The notes under the pieces were generated by a model, which saw nothing but the letters and a program-made list of their open reading frames with translations, was not told the origin of the DNA and did no database searches. Of a DNA stretch of 64,000 bases, positions 40,098 to 50,053 are shown piece after piece. Made by a program: the position numbers and the translations under genes. How positions within the stretch are numbered: the stretch's first letter is position 1; each line of letters starts with the position of its first letter. Source of the stretch: Actinomycetes bacterium (GTDB lineage Bacteria > Actinomycetota > Actinomycetes > S36-B12 > GCA-2699445); assembly GCA_022599915.1 (NCBI GenBank), contig JAHZLH010000026.1, forward strand, positions 88,201 through 152,200. Direction: 5' to 3'.

Positions 40098-40129
40098 CGA
40101 ATCTCGACAAGCATCGGCACACTGAGGCT

Positions 40130-41095
40130 ATGGCAGCAATCGAAGCCGAAGGGCTGGTTAAGGTCTTCCGGTCTCGAAGTGGCGAAGTTCGGGCTCTCGA
40201 TGGAGTCACTCTTGCGGTTCCAGAGGGAACGGTCCTAGGGCTGCTCGGCCCCAACGGTGCCGGAAAGACCACTACTGTTCGCGTGCTCACCACGCTGCTC
40301 AAGCCTGATAGCGGCAGCGCCAAAGTCGCGGGCTGTGACGTGGTGGCTGACCCGGTGGCGGTTCGGCGACGGATCGGCCTGTCCGGCCAGTACGCCGCAG
40401 TGGACGAGTATCTCACTGGCCGCGAAAACTTAACCATGGTCGGCCGGCTCTACCACCTCGGGAGCAAACGATCAGCGGAGCGTGCCGACGAACTCCTGCA
40501 TCGCTTCGATCTTGCTGACGCCGCTGATCGGCCAGCAAAGACCTACTCGGGTGGTATGCGGCGGCGACTCGATCTCGCCGGAGCCCTAGTCGCAAATCCG
40601 CCAGTGCTCTTTTTGGATGAACCGACAACGGGCCTGGATCCCCGGAGTCGATTGGGTCTGTGGGATGTGATTTCGGACCTGGTTCGTGATGGCACCACAC
40701 TGCTATTGACCACGCAGTATTTGGAAGAAGCCGACCGATTGGCTGATCGGATCGCTGTTGTTGACCACGGCACAGTCATTGCCGAGGGCACGTCTGACGA
40801 ACTGAAATCACAAGTCGGCGGTGAACGGCTTGAAGTTTCGGTCGCAGAAACACCACAAGTAGCAACTGCCGCTGAGGCACTCACCGGCTTGGGACCCGAA
40901 CCGCCGCAGGTCGATGTCGGCGCCCGCAAGATCTCCCTACGCGTCGACGGTGGTGCAGCAGTCCTTGCTGAGGCAGTACGTCGACTAGATGGCAATGCCG
41001 ACATAGTCGATATCGGGTTGTCCCGACCGAGCCTGGATGACGTCTTTCTGAGCCTCACTGGCCAGTCTGTCGCTAGCGATGAGGAGCAACAGTGA
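40130..41095 (+). CDS. ABC transporter ATP-binding protein, DrrA/ABC-2 type
   Basis: Walker A GPNGAGKTT, signature YSGGMRRRL. Confidence 0.85.
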   Translation: MAAIEAEGLVKVFRSRSGEVRALDGVTLAVPEGTVLGLLGPNGAGKTTTVRVLTTLLKPDSGSAKVAGCDVVADPVAVRRRIGLSGQYAAVDEYLTGRENLTMVGRLYHLGSKRSAERADELLHRFDLADAADRPAKTYSGGMRRRLDLAGALVANPPVLFLDEPTTGLDPRSRLGLWDVISDLVRDGTTLLLTTQYLEEADRLADRIAVVDHGTVIAEGTSDELKSQVGGERLEVSVAETPQVATAAEALTGLGPEPPQVDVGARKISLRVDGGAAVLAEAVRRLDGNADIVDIGLSRPSLDDVFLSLTGQSVASDEEQQ

Positions 41096-41925
41096 GCGCA
41101 ACAACGACGGCGGAACGGCGTCGCTCCGAGACGCGTACTGCCTTTGGCGATACGGCGGCGATTACCCGCCGCAACCTGACTCGGTTAGCGCGAACTCCCG
41201 ACAGCATCATCTTCGGGATTGCGCAGAGTGTGATGTTCGTCTTGTTATTCCGCTTCGTTTTCGGTGGCGCCATCGAGGTCCCCGGCGGCTCCTATGTGGA
41301 GTTCCTTATGGGCGGCATCTTCGCCCAAACCATTGCCTTCTCTTGCGCAACAACCACGGTGGCGATGGCCACCGACCTGCAGACTGGGATCATCGATCGC
41401 TTCCGGTCACTGCCGATGTGGCGGGGTGCAGTGCTGGCTGGTCGTACCACTTCAGATTTGGCGCTGGGAGCTATCACCGTCTTTGCGATGGCCATCACCG
41501 GTCTCCTGGTCGGGTGGCGGACCCACTCCAGCGTCTGGGAGATCGCGGCGGCCTTCCTCCTACTTGCGCTGTTTGCCTACTCGTTCCTGTGGATCGGGAC
41601 CGTGATCGGCATGAGTGTGAAGAGCCCCGAGGTGGCTCAAACCGCCGGGCTGATTTGGCTCTTCCCGCTGACGTTCGTTTCCAACGTTTTCGTTCCGGTG
41701 GAGTCCATGCCGTCATGGCTGCAACCAATCGCTGAGTGGAATCCTGTCTCAGCGGTTGCCCTCTCGCTGCGTGAGTTATTCGGGAATCTTCCTGAGGGCT
41801 ACAACCCCGGTGATTCCTTCCCTATGCAGCAACCGATTCTCTACTCGGTCCTCGCCTGCATTGTTGTATTGGTGATCTTCATCCCGTTGGGTATCTCCCG
41901 CTACCGGCAAGCAGCTTCCCGGTAG
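41092..41925 (+). CDS. ABC-2 type transporter permease (DrrB-like)
   Basis: Six TM segments. GTGA overlap with the ATPase gene. Confidence 0.8.
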   Translation: MSATTTAERRRSETRTAFGDTAAITRRNLTRLARTPDSIIFGIAQSVMFVLLFRFVFGGAIEVPGGSYVEFLMGGIFAQTIAFSCATTTVAMATDLQTGIIDRFRSLPMWRGAVLAGRTTSDLALGAITVFAMAITGLLVGWRTHSSVWEIAAAFLLLALFAYSFLWIGTVIGMSVKSPEVAQTAGLIWLFPLTFVSNVFVPVESMPSWLQPIAEWNPVSAVALSLRELFGNLPEGYNPGDSFPMQQPILYSVLACIVVLVIFIPLGISRYRQAASR

Positions 41926-41928
41926 CGA

Positions 41929-42171
41929 TCAGCCCGCAGTAATCGCAGCCCGCAGTTGCTGCGGGTCGACACGAAACCAGGCAATTTCCTCGTCGTTGAC
42001 CAGGACGACGGGAACTCGGTCGGCGTAGCGGTCTGCGCTACCGGGGTCATCCCAAATATTGATCTCGGTGAAGTCCAAATCAGCTTCGGCACACACCAGT
42101 TCCACGACCTCCCGCGCCACATCGCACAGATGGCAGCCGGGTTTTCCGACGAGGACAACTCGTGCCGTCAC
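41929..42171 (-). CDS. Glutaredoxin-like small thiol-disulfide protein
   Basis: Thioredoxin-fold start VVLVGKPGCHLCDVA (CxxC motif). 80 aa. Confidence 0.7.
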   Translation of the reverse strand: MTARVVLVGKPGCHLCDVAREVVELVCAEADLDFTEINIWDDPGSADRYADRVPVVLVNDEEIAWFRVDPQQLRAAITAG

Positions 42172-43652
42172 GCGAGTTGGTTTCTAGCTAACTTGCCGCC
42201 AGTCAGTCGAGGCAATTCCGCAACGACTTCCACGATCGTTGGGCACTTGTAGCGAGCAAGACGTTGTTCACACCAGGTGAGGACTGCCTCAGTGGGAACC
42301 GACTCACCCGGTTCGATCACGAGCAGTGCCTTCACCGCCTGACCCGTGAGCGGGTGATCCACTCCGATAACGGCACAATCCGCTAGTCCCGGCATCTCCG
42401 ACAACACCCGCTCGACTTCACGCGGATAGACATTGAACCCGCTCACCAAGATCAGATCAGTACGCCGATCCAGCACGAAGAGGTAGCCGTCATCGTTGAG
42501 GTAGCCGATATCGCCGGTTGCGAACCAGCCGTCATCATTGGGCCCGCCGGTACCGTCTGGCCAATAGCCACTAAACAACGATGGCCCGCGTACCCAAATC
42601 TGACCGGGTTGCCCCGGCTCTTCACCGATATCGCCGGGCGTATTTCCTTCGGTAACGATCTGCACTTCCACATTGGGCAATGCTTTGCCCACCGAACCCG
42701 GGACCGGTGTCCCCGCGACTAGCGACGTTGACACGACTGGGGAGCACTCGGTCAAGCCATAGCCCTCCCAAATAGGTCGACCATTGATGGTCGCGAACTG
42801 ATCAAAGAGATCCGCTGGTAGCGGGGCCGCCCCACTCATCAACAGTCGTACGCTGGCGAGCGCCCGTCGCAGATCGGGTTCTGCGCTCCAGGACACATAC
42901 ATCGGCGGAGCGGCCGCTAACACCGAGACTCGATGTCGCTCGATCAGGGCCAGCGATTCCGGTGCTGAGAACCGCTCGCATAGCACTACTGTCGCCCCGG
43001 CCGTGAGACCGAGACTGAGAACCGTGGTTAGTGAGTAAACATGGAAAAGCGGCAAGACCGCCAGCGTGACATCACCTGGCTGCATTCTCCCCGGTTCGGG
43101 TAGTTCTTGTAGCGCCTGTAGGTTGGCCAACAACGCGCGATGGCTCAGCACCGCGGGCTGCGGCATCCCTTCGGTACCCGAAGTGAAAAGCAGGACGGCG
43201 GGGGTCTCCGGATCCAGCGGATCAGCGGGCCCTTCCGGCAGAGCTGAGTTCTCTAGTTGATCCCACCCACGACTGCCGATGGCGATCACCGCGCAGGAAA
43301 CCTCATCGGTCTGCGATAGTTGCGCGGCGGCCTCATGATCGGAGATCAAGAGTCGAGCACCCACTTGTTGAAGTTGTCGCTGGGTCTCGGCAACAGGCGC
43401 AAGTGGATTCATCGGCACCGATACCGCACCGGCACGAAGGGTTGCGTAGAAAGCCACTACGAACTCCAAGCGATTGCCCAACATCAACGCAACCCGATCA
43501 CCGGGCTTTACCCCGCAATTCAATAAACCGGCAGCGAAAGCTGAAATCCGATCGTCGAGGCCGGCGTAGGTCATCTTTAGGTCGCCGTCGACGATCGCGA
43601 CCGCAGCTGGCCATTCTCGAGCCGACTCGTCGACTACATCCGCTAGGTTCAT
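42168..43652 (-). CDS. AMP-dependent acyl-CoA ligase/synthetase
   Basis: AMP-binding motif LLFTSGTEGMPQPAVLSH. Start moved to the ATG at 43652 (MNLADVV...). The track ORF (to 44096) overlaps the HAD gene. Confidence 0.85.
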   Translation of the reverse strand: MNLADVVDESAREWPAAVAIVDGDLKMTYAGLDDRISAFAAGLLNCGVKPGDRVALMLGNRLEFVVAFYATLRAGAVSVPMNPLAPVAETQRQLQQVGARLLISDHEAAAQLSQTDEVSCAVIAIGSRGWDQLENSALPEGPADPLDPETPAVLLFTSGTEGMPQPAVLSHRALLANLQALQELPEPGRMQPGDVTLAVLPLFHVYSLTTVLSLGLTAGATVVLCERFSAPESLALIERHRVSVLAAAPPMYVSWSAEPDLRRALASVRLLMSGAAPLPADLFDQFATINGRPIWEGYGLTECSPVVSTSLVAGTPVPGSVGKALPNVEVQIVTEGNTPGDIGEEPGQPGQIWVRGPSLFSGYWPDGTGGPNDDGWFATGDIGYLNDDGYLFVLDRRTDLILVSGFNVYPREVERVLSEMPGLADCAVIGVDHPLTGQAVKALLVIEPGESVPTEAVLTWCEQRLARYKCPTIVEVVAELPRLTGGKLARNQLA

Positions 43653-43699
43653 CACCACGCCAGAGAGTCTTGCACAGCCATGCTCGCTAGAGTGGCGCT

Positions 43700-44563
43700 G
43701 TGGCCAAGAGACTCTCCAAACTGCGGCAGCGTTACAAAAAGACCGGTGAGGCGGCGGCGGAACAAGCCACGCCAACTGAAGCCGCACCTTCGGGTGCGGA
43801 CGGCGCGGCGGCTTTCTTCGATATCGACAACACTGTGATTCGCGGATCCAGCATGTTTTTCTTCGCCCGCGGCGCAGCGAGCCATGGACTGATCGACGCG
43901 GGTGACATTGCCAGATTCGCCATCGCGCAACTGCGATTCCAGCTCTTCGGTGGCGAGAATATGGACGACATGGCTGAGGCAGTCGAGGCCGGTCTGTCTT
44001 TCGTCGAGGGGCGCACGGTTCAGGAGATTGTTGAGCTCGGCGAAGATGTCTTCGAAGAAACGATGAGCGACAAGATGTGGACCGGCACCTTGTCATTGGC
44101 GCAACGACACATCGATGCCGGTGAACCGGTCTGGCTCGTGTCCGCCACGCCAGTCGAGATCGGCCAAATTCTTGCGGATCGGCTGGGCTTTACTGGTGCA
44201 CTGGGAACAGTCGCCGAATCAATGGATGGCCGCTACACCGGGCACCTGGTGGGCTACCCGCTGCATGGCGAGGCAAAGGCGGAAGCTATTCGCGCGCTCT
44301 CGCGGCGAGAAGGCTACGCCCTCGACGAGTGCTGGGCCTACTCTGACTCCGCAAACGACCTACCAATGCTGACCACAGTCGGCCACCCAGTAGCGATCAA
44401 CCCAGATTCTGACTTGAAAGAACAAGCACGGGACAACGGTTGGCCGATGTACAACTACCGCGGCAAACAGACCGCGAAACGGGCCGGTGTCTCCGCGGGC
44501 GTGGTTGCCGGACTAGTCGCGGCCGGGGCGGCAGTTGGCGTTGCTGCCAGCCGCCGCGGTTAG
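43700..44563 (+). CDS. HAD-IB family hydrolase (SerB-like) with a C-terminal TM tail
   Basis: Motif I FFDIDNTV, late motif YSDSANDLPML. Confidence 0.75.
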   Translation: MAKRLSKLRQRYKKTGEAAAEQATPTEAAPSGADGAAAFFDIDNTVIRGSSMFFFARGAASHGLIDAGDIARFAIAQLRFQLFGGENMDDMAEAVEAGLSFVEGRTVQEIVELGEDVFEETMSDKMWTGTLSLAQRHIDAGEPVWLVSATPVEIGQILADRLGFTGALGTVAESMDGRYTGHLVGYPLHGEAKAEAIRALSRREGYALDECWAYSDSANDLPMLTTVGHPVAINPDSDLKEQARDNGWPMYNYRGKQTAKRAGVSAGVVAGLVAAGAAVGVAASRRG

Positions 44564-44576
44564 GTCGGCAACGCAA

Positions 44577-45665
44577 CTACAGGAAGACTGAGCGGCGTTG
44601 CACCAACAACCGATACAACTGCTGCTGGATAGTTTCGCGAACCTGATCGGTTAGGTTGAAGACCAGCATCGGGTCTTCGGCCGCCTCCGGCCCAAACTCT
44701 TCAGTGTGGATCGGCTCCCCGAACATGATGATCCACTTGCTCGGCATCGGGACCAGACCCAGGGGGCCGAGCCAAGGGAACGTTGGGGTAATCGGCACAT
44801 ACGGCAGACCGAACAGTCGCGCTAACGCCTTTGCATCTCCCACTATTGGGTAGATCTCTTCCGCGCCCACAATGGCAGTCGGGATGATCGGCACCCTCGC
44901 CTCCAGCGCTGCTGCTACGAAGCCACCTCGACCGAACCGCTGCAGTTTGTAACGCTCACTAAATGGCTTGCCAATGCCCTTGAAGCCCTCCGGCCAGACA
45001 CCGACCAACTCGCCCTGCTGCAACAGTCGCTTCGCGTCGGGTGCACAAGCCAGGGTGGAGCCGCTCTTACGAGCCAACTCGCCAATGAATGGGCTTTGGA
45101 ATACCAGGTCAGCCCCCAGCATCCGCAAGTGCCGGTGCTCCGGGTGGTGATCCAGCAGCGCCAGCTGCGTCATCACCGCATCCAGCGGAATGGTCCCGGA
45201 GTGATTGGCGACCACCAAGGCGCCACCGACGTCAGGAACATTCTCTAGCCCGCGGGTTTCCACTCGGAACCACTTGTCGTACAACGGCCGGAATGGCGCC
45301 ATCAAGATCTGATCCAACAGCTCCGGATCGAATCCGAAGTTGTCGACTGGATAGTCACCGGTCACCCGGCGCCGCAGGAAAGACAGCGCTCCGGCGACCT
45401 TGTCGTCCCAGGATGGCTTCTCATAGTCAGATCCGGGCAGTGGCGCTGGCTGAGGATCCGGCGCTTCGGTTTCCTCGGCCTTCGCGCGAGTGCGAGTGCG
45501 TGCACGAGGTCGAGCCGCAGCACCGCCTGCCACCCGACCCGAGTTGTTCTCGGAACCCGACGAAGCCGCTGTCTGGCCGCGACTAGTACCCGGCGAGCTA
45601 GTCGTGCTGGCGGGGGCTTCGCCAGAAATGGGAATGATACGGGCGTCAGTCATGACTTCCTCCAC
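44577..45665 (-). CDS. Lysophospholipid / 1-acyl-glycerol-3-phosphate acyltransferase family protein
   Basis: Acyltransferase block VVANHSGTIPLD and VWPEGFKG. Start may be the ATG at 45653. Confidence 0.75.
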   Translation of the reverse strand: MEEVMTDARIIPISGEAPASTTSSPGTSRGQTAASSGSENNSGRVAGGAAARPRARTRTRAKAEETEAPDPQPAPLPGSDYEKPSWDDKVAGALSFLRRRVTGDYPVDNFGFDPELLDQILMAPFRPLYDKWFRVETRGLENVPDVGGALVVANHSGTIPLDAVMTQLALLDHHPEHRHLRMLGADLVFQSPFIGELARKSGSTLACAPDAKRLLQQGELVGVWPEGFKGIGKPFSERYKLQRFGRGGFVAAALEARVPIIPTAIVGAEEIYPIVGDAKALARLFGLPYVPITPTFPWLGPLGLVPMPSKWIIMFGEPIHTEEFGPEAAEDPMLVFNLTDQVRETIQQQLYRLLVQRRSVFL

Positions 45666-46677
45666 TAGTCAGTACCGAGGCGAGCACCTGCTCCGCGGCA
45701 GCTGCCCGCTGCGGGGAGAGGATTTTGTTGAGTCCTCGTGCCTCAACAAAGGACATGAAAGCTTCTTTGGTGGTGTACTCCGGCTCAAAGCCCAGCCGTT
45801 CCCGCATCCGCGTGGTGTCGATGCCGCGACCATAGGTGAGGAACCGCACCTGTTCTGGACTGAAGTCCGCCAAGCCGGTTTTGATCATGCCCCGACCCGT
45901 TAGCGGCACTAGTGGTAGCGGCAACGGCACCGGTGGTCGCCCAGCCAGTCGGATCGCCTGGGACAGCATCAGGATGCCGTCTCCTGCGATGTTGTAGAGG
46001 CCAGGTCGATCATTCACCGTTGCTTCGTGAATGGCACGCAGGCCGTCATCCTCGTGGATGAACTGCAAGCGCGCGTCGTAACCCATGACGAATGGAACCA
46101 CCGGGAGGCTGAAGTACCCAGTCATCGCAGTCTCAACCTGCGGCCCTATGAAGTTTGCGAACCGCAAGGTTGTCACCGCAACGTCGGGACGGCGGCGCGC
46201 GAAACCGCGCACGTAGCCTTCCACCTCGCCAGAGTCCTTGGCCCAACCGGATATGGGCGCATGCCGGGGCTCAACTGCCTCAGTAAACATCGCCGGGTCA
46301 CGGGGACCTGCACCGTAGACCGAGGACGTTGACTTCACAATGAGTCGCTCCAGCGTGGGGGCCTTCTGACAGGCCGCAAGCAACTGCATGGTGCCGATGA
46401 CATTAATTTCCTTCATCGACATTCGGCCACCGGCCTGGATGGGGGTCGCGATGACTCCCATGTGCACAACTGTGTCAACGTCAGCGGCGTTGATGACCTT
46501 AGCGATTATCGGGTTGCGGATATCGGCGCGCACAAACTCTGCGCGACCGATGTCACCGCGCGGGGGAACTACATCCACCCCGATAACTCGATCTACCTGG
46601 GGATCGCGAGTGAGCATCTGGGCCATTCGGCCACCTAGATGCCGCGAAACTCCCGTGACGAGAACTACCTGCCCCAT
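45646..46677 (-). CDS. NAD-dependent epimerase/dehydratase (SDR) family protein
   Basis: N-terminal VLVTGVSRHLGG Rossmann motif. Confidence 0.75.
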   Translation of the reverse strand: MGQVVLVTGVSRHLGGRMAQMLTRDPQVDRVIGVDVVPPRGDIGRAEFVRADIRNPIIAKVINAADVDTVVHMGVIATPIQAGGRMSMKEINVIGTMQLLAACQKAPTLERLIVKSTSSVYGAGPRDPAMFTEAVEPRHAPISGWAKDSGEVEGYVRGFARRRPDVAVTTLRFANFIGPQVETAMTGYFSLPVVPFVMGYDARLQFIHEDDGLRAIHEATVNDRPGLYNIAGDGILMLSQAIRLAGRPPVPLPLPLVPLTGRGMIKTGLADFSPEQVRFLTYGRGIDTTRMRERLGFEPEYTTKEAFMSFVEARGLNKILSPQRAAAAEQVLASVLTSGGSHD

Positions 46678-46713
46678 GGCCCCCTCCTCCCGGTCGCCGT
46701 CTAGGAACTAGTG

Positions 46714-46812
46714 CTATTTCTTGTTGCGTCGCTGCACCCTGGTGCGCTTCAACAGTTTGCGGTGCTTCTTTTTCGCCATCCGCTTGCGGCGCTTCTTAAC
46801 TACGGAACCCAT
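46714..46812 (-). CDS. 30S ribosomal protein bS22 (32 aa)
   Basis: My own translation: [38 protein letters not shown] 5 nt upstream. Absent from the ORF track because it is under 60 aa. Confidence 0.85.
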   Translation of the reverse strand: MGSVVKKRRKRMAKKKHRKLLKRTRVQRRNKK

Positions 46813-46979
46813 AAAGACCTCGACTTGCTCAATACCACCGTCGGCGGCGTTCGTGTGGGATGCCGTCGACATCCCCATGCGCTCTAGCCTACTGCCCGTT
46901 TGTGGATGCTTCGAACGGCCGCCACGCTGGTGCGCAATGTGACATTGGCGATAACTTGCCTGCAGACCGGCCCGTCGGG

Positions 46980-48173
46980 CTAATCTTCCCCGTCGCTGAG
47001 CGACAATCCCAGGTACGGAAATACGGATTTGCGCGTGGCGTGGACGGCGGCATCTAACGGATCTCGTGGGTTATAGCCCAGGCTCCAATGCTTGGGCCAA
47101 GGGTCGTAACCGTCCGTCATCGTCTCTGGCGCTTCGCGACCGATAATGCCTTCAGCATGGCGGCGCCACGCCTGCGGCACTTCGGTCTCCGGTTCGATGG
47201 GAACTCCAGCAGATTCCGCTACCAGGTGCGTCCAGGCCCGCGGGACTACCTCTAGCCACTCATAGCCACCACCACCGGTCGCCACCCAGTTACCCCCAGC
47301 GAGACTATGAGCCCAGCGGTGAATGGCACGTGCCGCCATCCGTTGGCCATCCACCGACACCGCCAAACTAGCCAGCGGATCTTGGAAATGACTGTCACAG
47401 CCATGCTGCGACACGATGAAATCCGGTCGAAATTCGCGCAGCACGTCCGGCACCACCGCGTGCAAGGCTCGCAACCACCCCTGATCACCGGTGCCCGCTG
47501 GGACCGGGATATTGACCGCCGTACCCAATGCCCGTGGCCCACCGATTTCAGTTGCCCAACCAGTGCCCGGATACAGCGTGTGCGGGCTCTCGTGAATAGA
47601 GATCGTCATCACTCGCGGTTCATCCCAGAAGGCACGCTGCACACCATCGCCGTGGTGGACGTCTACATCGATGTAGGCGATCCGTTCCACCCCTTGATCC
47701 AGCAGCCACTGAATCGCCACCGAAAGGTCGTTGTACACGCAGAATCCAGCAGCCGCGTCCGGCATTGCGTGGTGCAGACCGCCTGCGATGTTGACGGCAT
47801 GTTCGCTTCGACCGTGATAGACCGACTGCGCTGCCAGCAGGGTGGCGCCACACAATCGGGCCGCTGCTAGGTGCATACCAGGGAAAACTGGCACGTCGAG
47901 CGTCCCCAACCCGTGACGTAAATCGCTGAAATCCGCATCGGTTGAGGCTTGTTTCACCGCCGCTAGGAACTCGGGAGTGTGGACCCGCAGCAAAACGTCA
48001 TCTGTCGGCACCGGGATGTCCTCCACCACATCCAAGGTGTCGGATTCCAACAAACCGAGCGACTTGATCAACTCGAAGGTCAGCTGGACTCTGATTGGGC
48101 TCAGCGGGTGCTGTGGACCGAAGTCGTAATCCGACAACAGTTCGTTCCACGGCAGCACCGAGTTGTGGCTCAT
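46980..48173 (-). CDS. acuC: Histone deacetylase family protein (acetoin utilization AcuC-like)
   Basis: Motifs [19 protein letters not shown] and [11 protein letters not shown]. Confidence 0.8.
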   Translation of the reverse strand: MSHNSVLPWNELLSDYDFGPQHPLSPIRVQLTFELIKSLGLLESDTLDVVEDIPVPTDDVLLRVHTPEFLAAVKQASTDADFSDLRHGLGTLDVPVFPGMHLAAARLCGATLLAAQSVYHGRSEHAVNIAGGLHHAMPDAAAGFCVYNDLSVAIQWLLDQGVERIAYIDVDVHHGDGVQRAFWDEPRVMTISIHESPHTLYPGTGWATEIGGPRALGTAVNIPVPAGTGDQGWLRALHAVVPDVLREFRPDFIVSQHGCDSHFQDPLASLAVSVDGQRMAARAIHRWAHSLAGGNWVATGGGGYEWLEVVPRAWTHLVAESAGVPIEPETEVPQAWRRHAEGIIGREAPETMTDGYDPWPKHWSLGYNPRDPLDAAVHATRKSVFPYLGLSLSDGED

Positions 48174-48174
48174 G

Positions 48175-48972
48175 TCAGGCTCCGAGTTCCTCAGAACGAT
48201 CTCGGGCAGCGTTTAGGGCACCAAGAAACGCGGCACGCACCGCATGCTCTTCCAACTCCCGCAGCGCCGCGGCGGTGACGCCTGCCGGGCTGGTGACCCG
48301 CTCCCGCAATACCGTCGGGTGTTCGCCCGTCTGCCGCAACATCTCCGCTGATCCGTATGCGGTTTGTACAGCTAGTTCAGTGGCAGTCGCTCGCGGTAGC
48401 CCCAAATGCACACCCGCCTCGATCATGGCTTCGATTACATAAAAAATGTAGGCCGGACCACTACCTGAGACTGCAGTCACGGCGTCCTGCTGCTTCTCCG
48501 GCACCCTGACCACTCGACCTACGGCGCTAAGCAATTGTTCCGCTTCCGCCAGGTGCTGTTCATCGCACGATGATCCCGGCGAGATCGCCGACATCCCCTG
48601 ATCCACCAGCGCCGGGGTATTTGGCATCACCCGAACCACTGCAACACCAGGGGACAGTCGTTCCTCCAGGAATGACGTGGTGATTCCTGCTGCTAGCGAG
48701 ATCACCAGCGCACCCTGACGAATGCTGCTGCTCATTGGGTCCAGCACCGCCGCCATGTCCTGCGGCTTCACCACCAGCACCACGGTGTCTGCCGCCGCAG
48801 CAGCCTCCGTATTGTCCAGCACCTCAACGCCGTACCGCTCGATGAGTTCGGCGGCGCGGTCCTCGCGACGCTCGGCAATAACTAAGTCAGCGGGCTGACG
48901 CCCCGCTCGGATGAGTCCGGAAAGTAGCGTCTCCCCCATGACGCCTGCTCCGATAATGGCAAGTCTTCCCAC
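48175..48972 (-). CDS. proC: Pyrroline-5-carboxylate reductase
   Basis: Rossmann motif LAIIGAGVMG and a ProC C-terminal dimerisation domain. GGAGGGAG SD before the GTG. Confidence 0.9.
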   Translation of the reverse strand: MGRLAIIGAGVMGETLLSGLIRAGRQPADLVIAERREDRAAELIERYGVEVLDNTEAAAAADTVVLVVKPQDMAAVLDPMSSSIRQGALVISLAAGITTSFLEERLSPGVAVVRVMPNTPALVDQGMSAISPGSSCDEQHLAEAEQLLSAVGRVVRVPEKQQDAVTAVSGSGPAYIFYVIEAMIEAGVHLGLPRATATELAVQTAYGSAEMLRQTGEHPTVLRERVTSPAGVTAAALRELEEHAVRAAFLGALNAARDRSEELGA

Positions 48973-48999
48973 CGAGTGCTCCCTCCCGGCCGGGGCCGA

Positions 49000-49953
49000 T
49001 CAGTTCTTCGACGACAACGCTTTCAAGAACAGCGACATGTTCGCCGGCTTTTCAGCCATGCGGCGAATCATGTAGCCGTACCAATCTTCACCGTAGGGGA
49101 TATAGACCCGCATCCGTTCGCCTTCGTCGGCGAGCCGCTGTTGCTCATCAGGACGCACGCCGAAAAGCATCTGGTGTTCGTAGCTGCCCCGAGGCCGATC
49201 ATTGTGCACCGCCAACGCCTGGGCAATCTCCACCAGTCGGGGGTCGTGCGAAGCGATCATCGGATAACCCTGGCCAGCGAACAGGATCTTCATGCAGCGG
49301 ACAAAGGACAGATCTACGTCGTGCCGAGACTGGTAGGCCACCGATTCCGGCTCCTTGTAGGCCCCTTTGCACAACCGGACTCGGGAACCTTCACCGGCGA
49401 GATCTCGACAGTCTCCCTCAGTTCGATACAGGTAGGACTGCAGCACCGCTCCGGTGGTCGGGAAGTCTTGGCGCAGTTCCCACAGAATGCCCAAGGTCGA
49501 GTCGATCGTGGTGTGATCCTCCATATCCAAAGTGACGGTGGTGCCGTAGCGGTGGGCACGTTCACAGATCTCTCGCGCCAACTCCAAAGCGATCTTTTCG
49601 CCATCACCTGGCAGCGCCTGCCCGACGGCGGACAATTTGACTGACACCTCAGCATCGCCGGTCAGACCGTTCGCGTTCAACGCTTCCAGCAGATTCAGGT
49701 AGTCATCCCGAGTTTGCAGCGCACCCGCCCGCTCAACGACGTCCTCCCCCAGTCGGTCTAGCGTTACCTGCCGTCCGGTGGCGGTGATATCGGCCGTTGC
49801 CGCGACGGCGTCGGCAGTGGCCTCACCGGCGACGAACCGCTGCACTACATCGCGGGTGACCGGCATCGACACTGACAGTTCGCGGATCTTTTCGTTGCGG
49901 GAAACGGACAACATAGCTCGCCTGATCACTTCAACTCCTCGCATCCTTGACAC
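49000..49953 (-). CDS. Monofunctional proline dehydrogenase
   Basis: PRODH TIM-barrel family. C-terminal motif YIPYGEDWYGYMIRRMAE. Confidence 0.85.
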   Translation of the reverse strand: MSRMRGVEVIRRAMLSVSRNEKIRELSVSMPVTRDVVQRFVAGEATADAVAATADITATGRQVTLDRLGEDVVERAGALQTRDDYLNLLEALNANGLTGDAEVSVKLSAVGQALPGDGEKIALELAREICERAHRYGTTVTLDMEDHTTIDSTLGILWELRQDFPTTGAVLQSYLYRTEGDCRDLAGEGSRVRLCKGAYKEPESVAYQSRHDVDLSFVRCMKILFAGQGYPMIASHDPRLVEIAQALAVHNDRPRGSYEHQMLFGVRPDEQQRLADEGERMRVYIPYGEDWYGYMIRRMAEKPANMSLFLKALSSKN

Positions 49954-50053
49954 CCGTCGGCGTCAACTTTCTGACCGAAAACTTAGTTCCTGCCTTGCAG
50001 GCTAGTCGCTGGTCAGCCACGGTGCAGCGCTGCCTAGGCGGGAAAGCCGCCCA

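Noticed and set aside
46813-46878. In-frame upstream ATGs (46878, 46872) that would extend bS22 by 22 aa
   Set aside because: Known bS22 proteins start at [17 protein letters not shown] precedes the ATG at 46812, and the extension is non-basic and unlike the family.
50037-50051. GGCGG-gaaag-CCGCC hairpin right after the TetR stop, and CCTGC-ctt-GCAGG at 49989-50001, as possible terminators
   Set aside because: Both have only 5-bp stems, with no U-tract or a weak one. That is too weak to call without 3'-end data.
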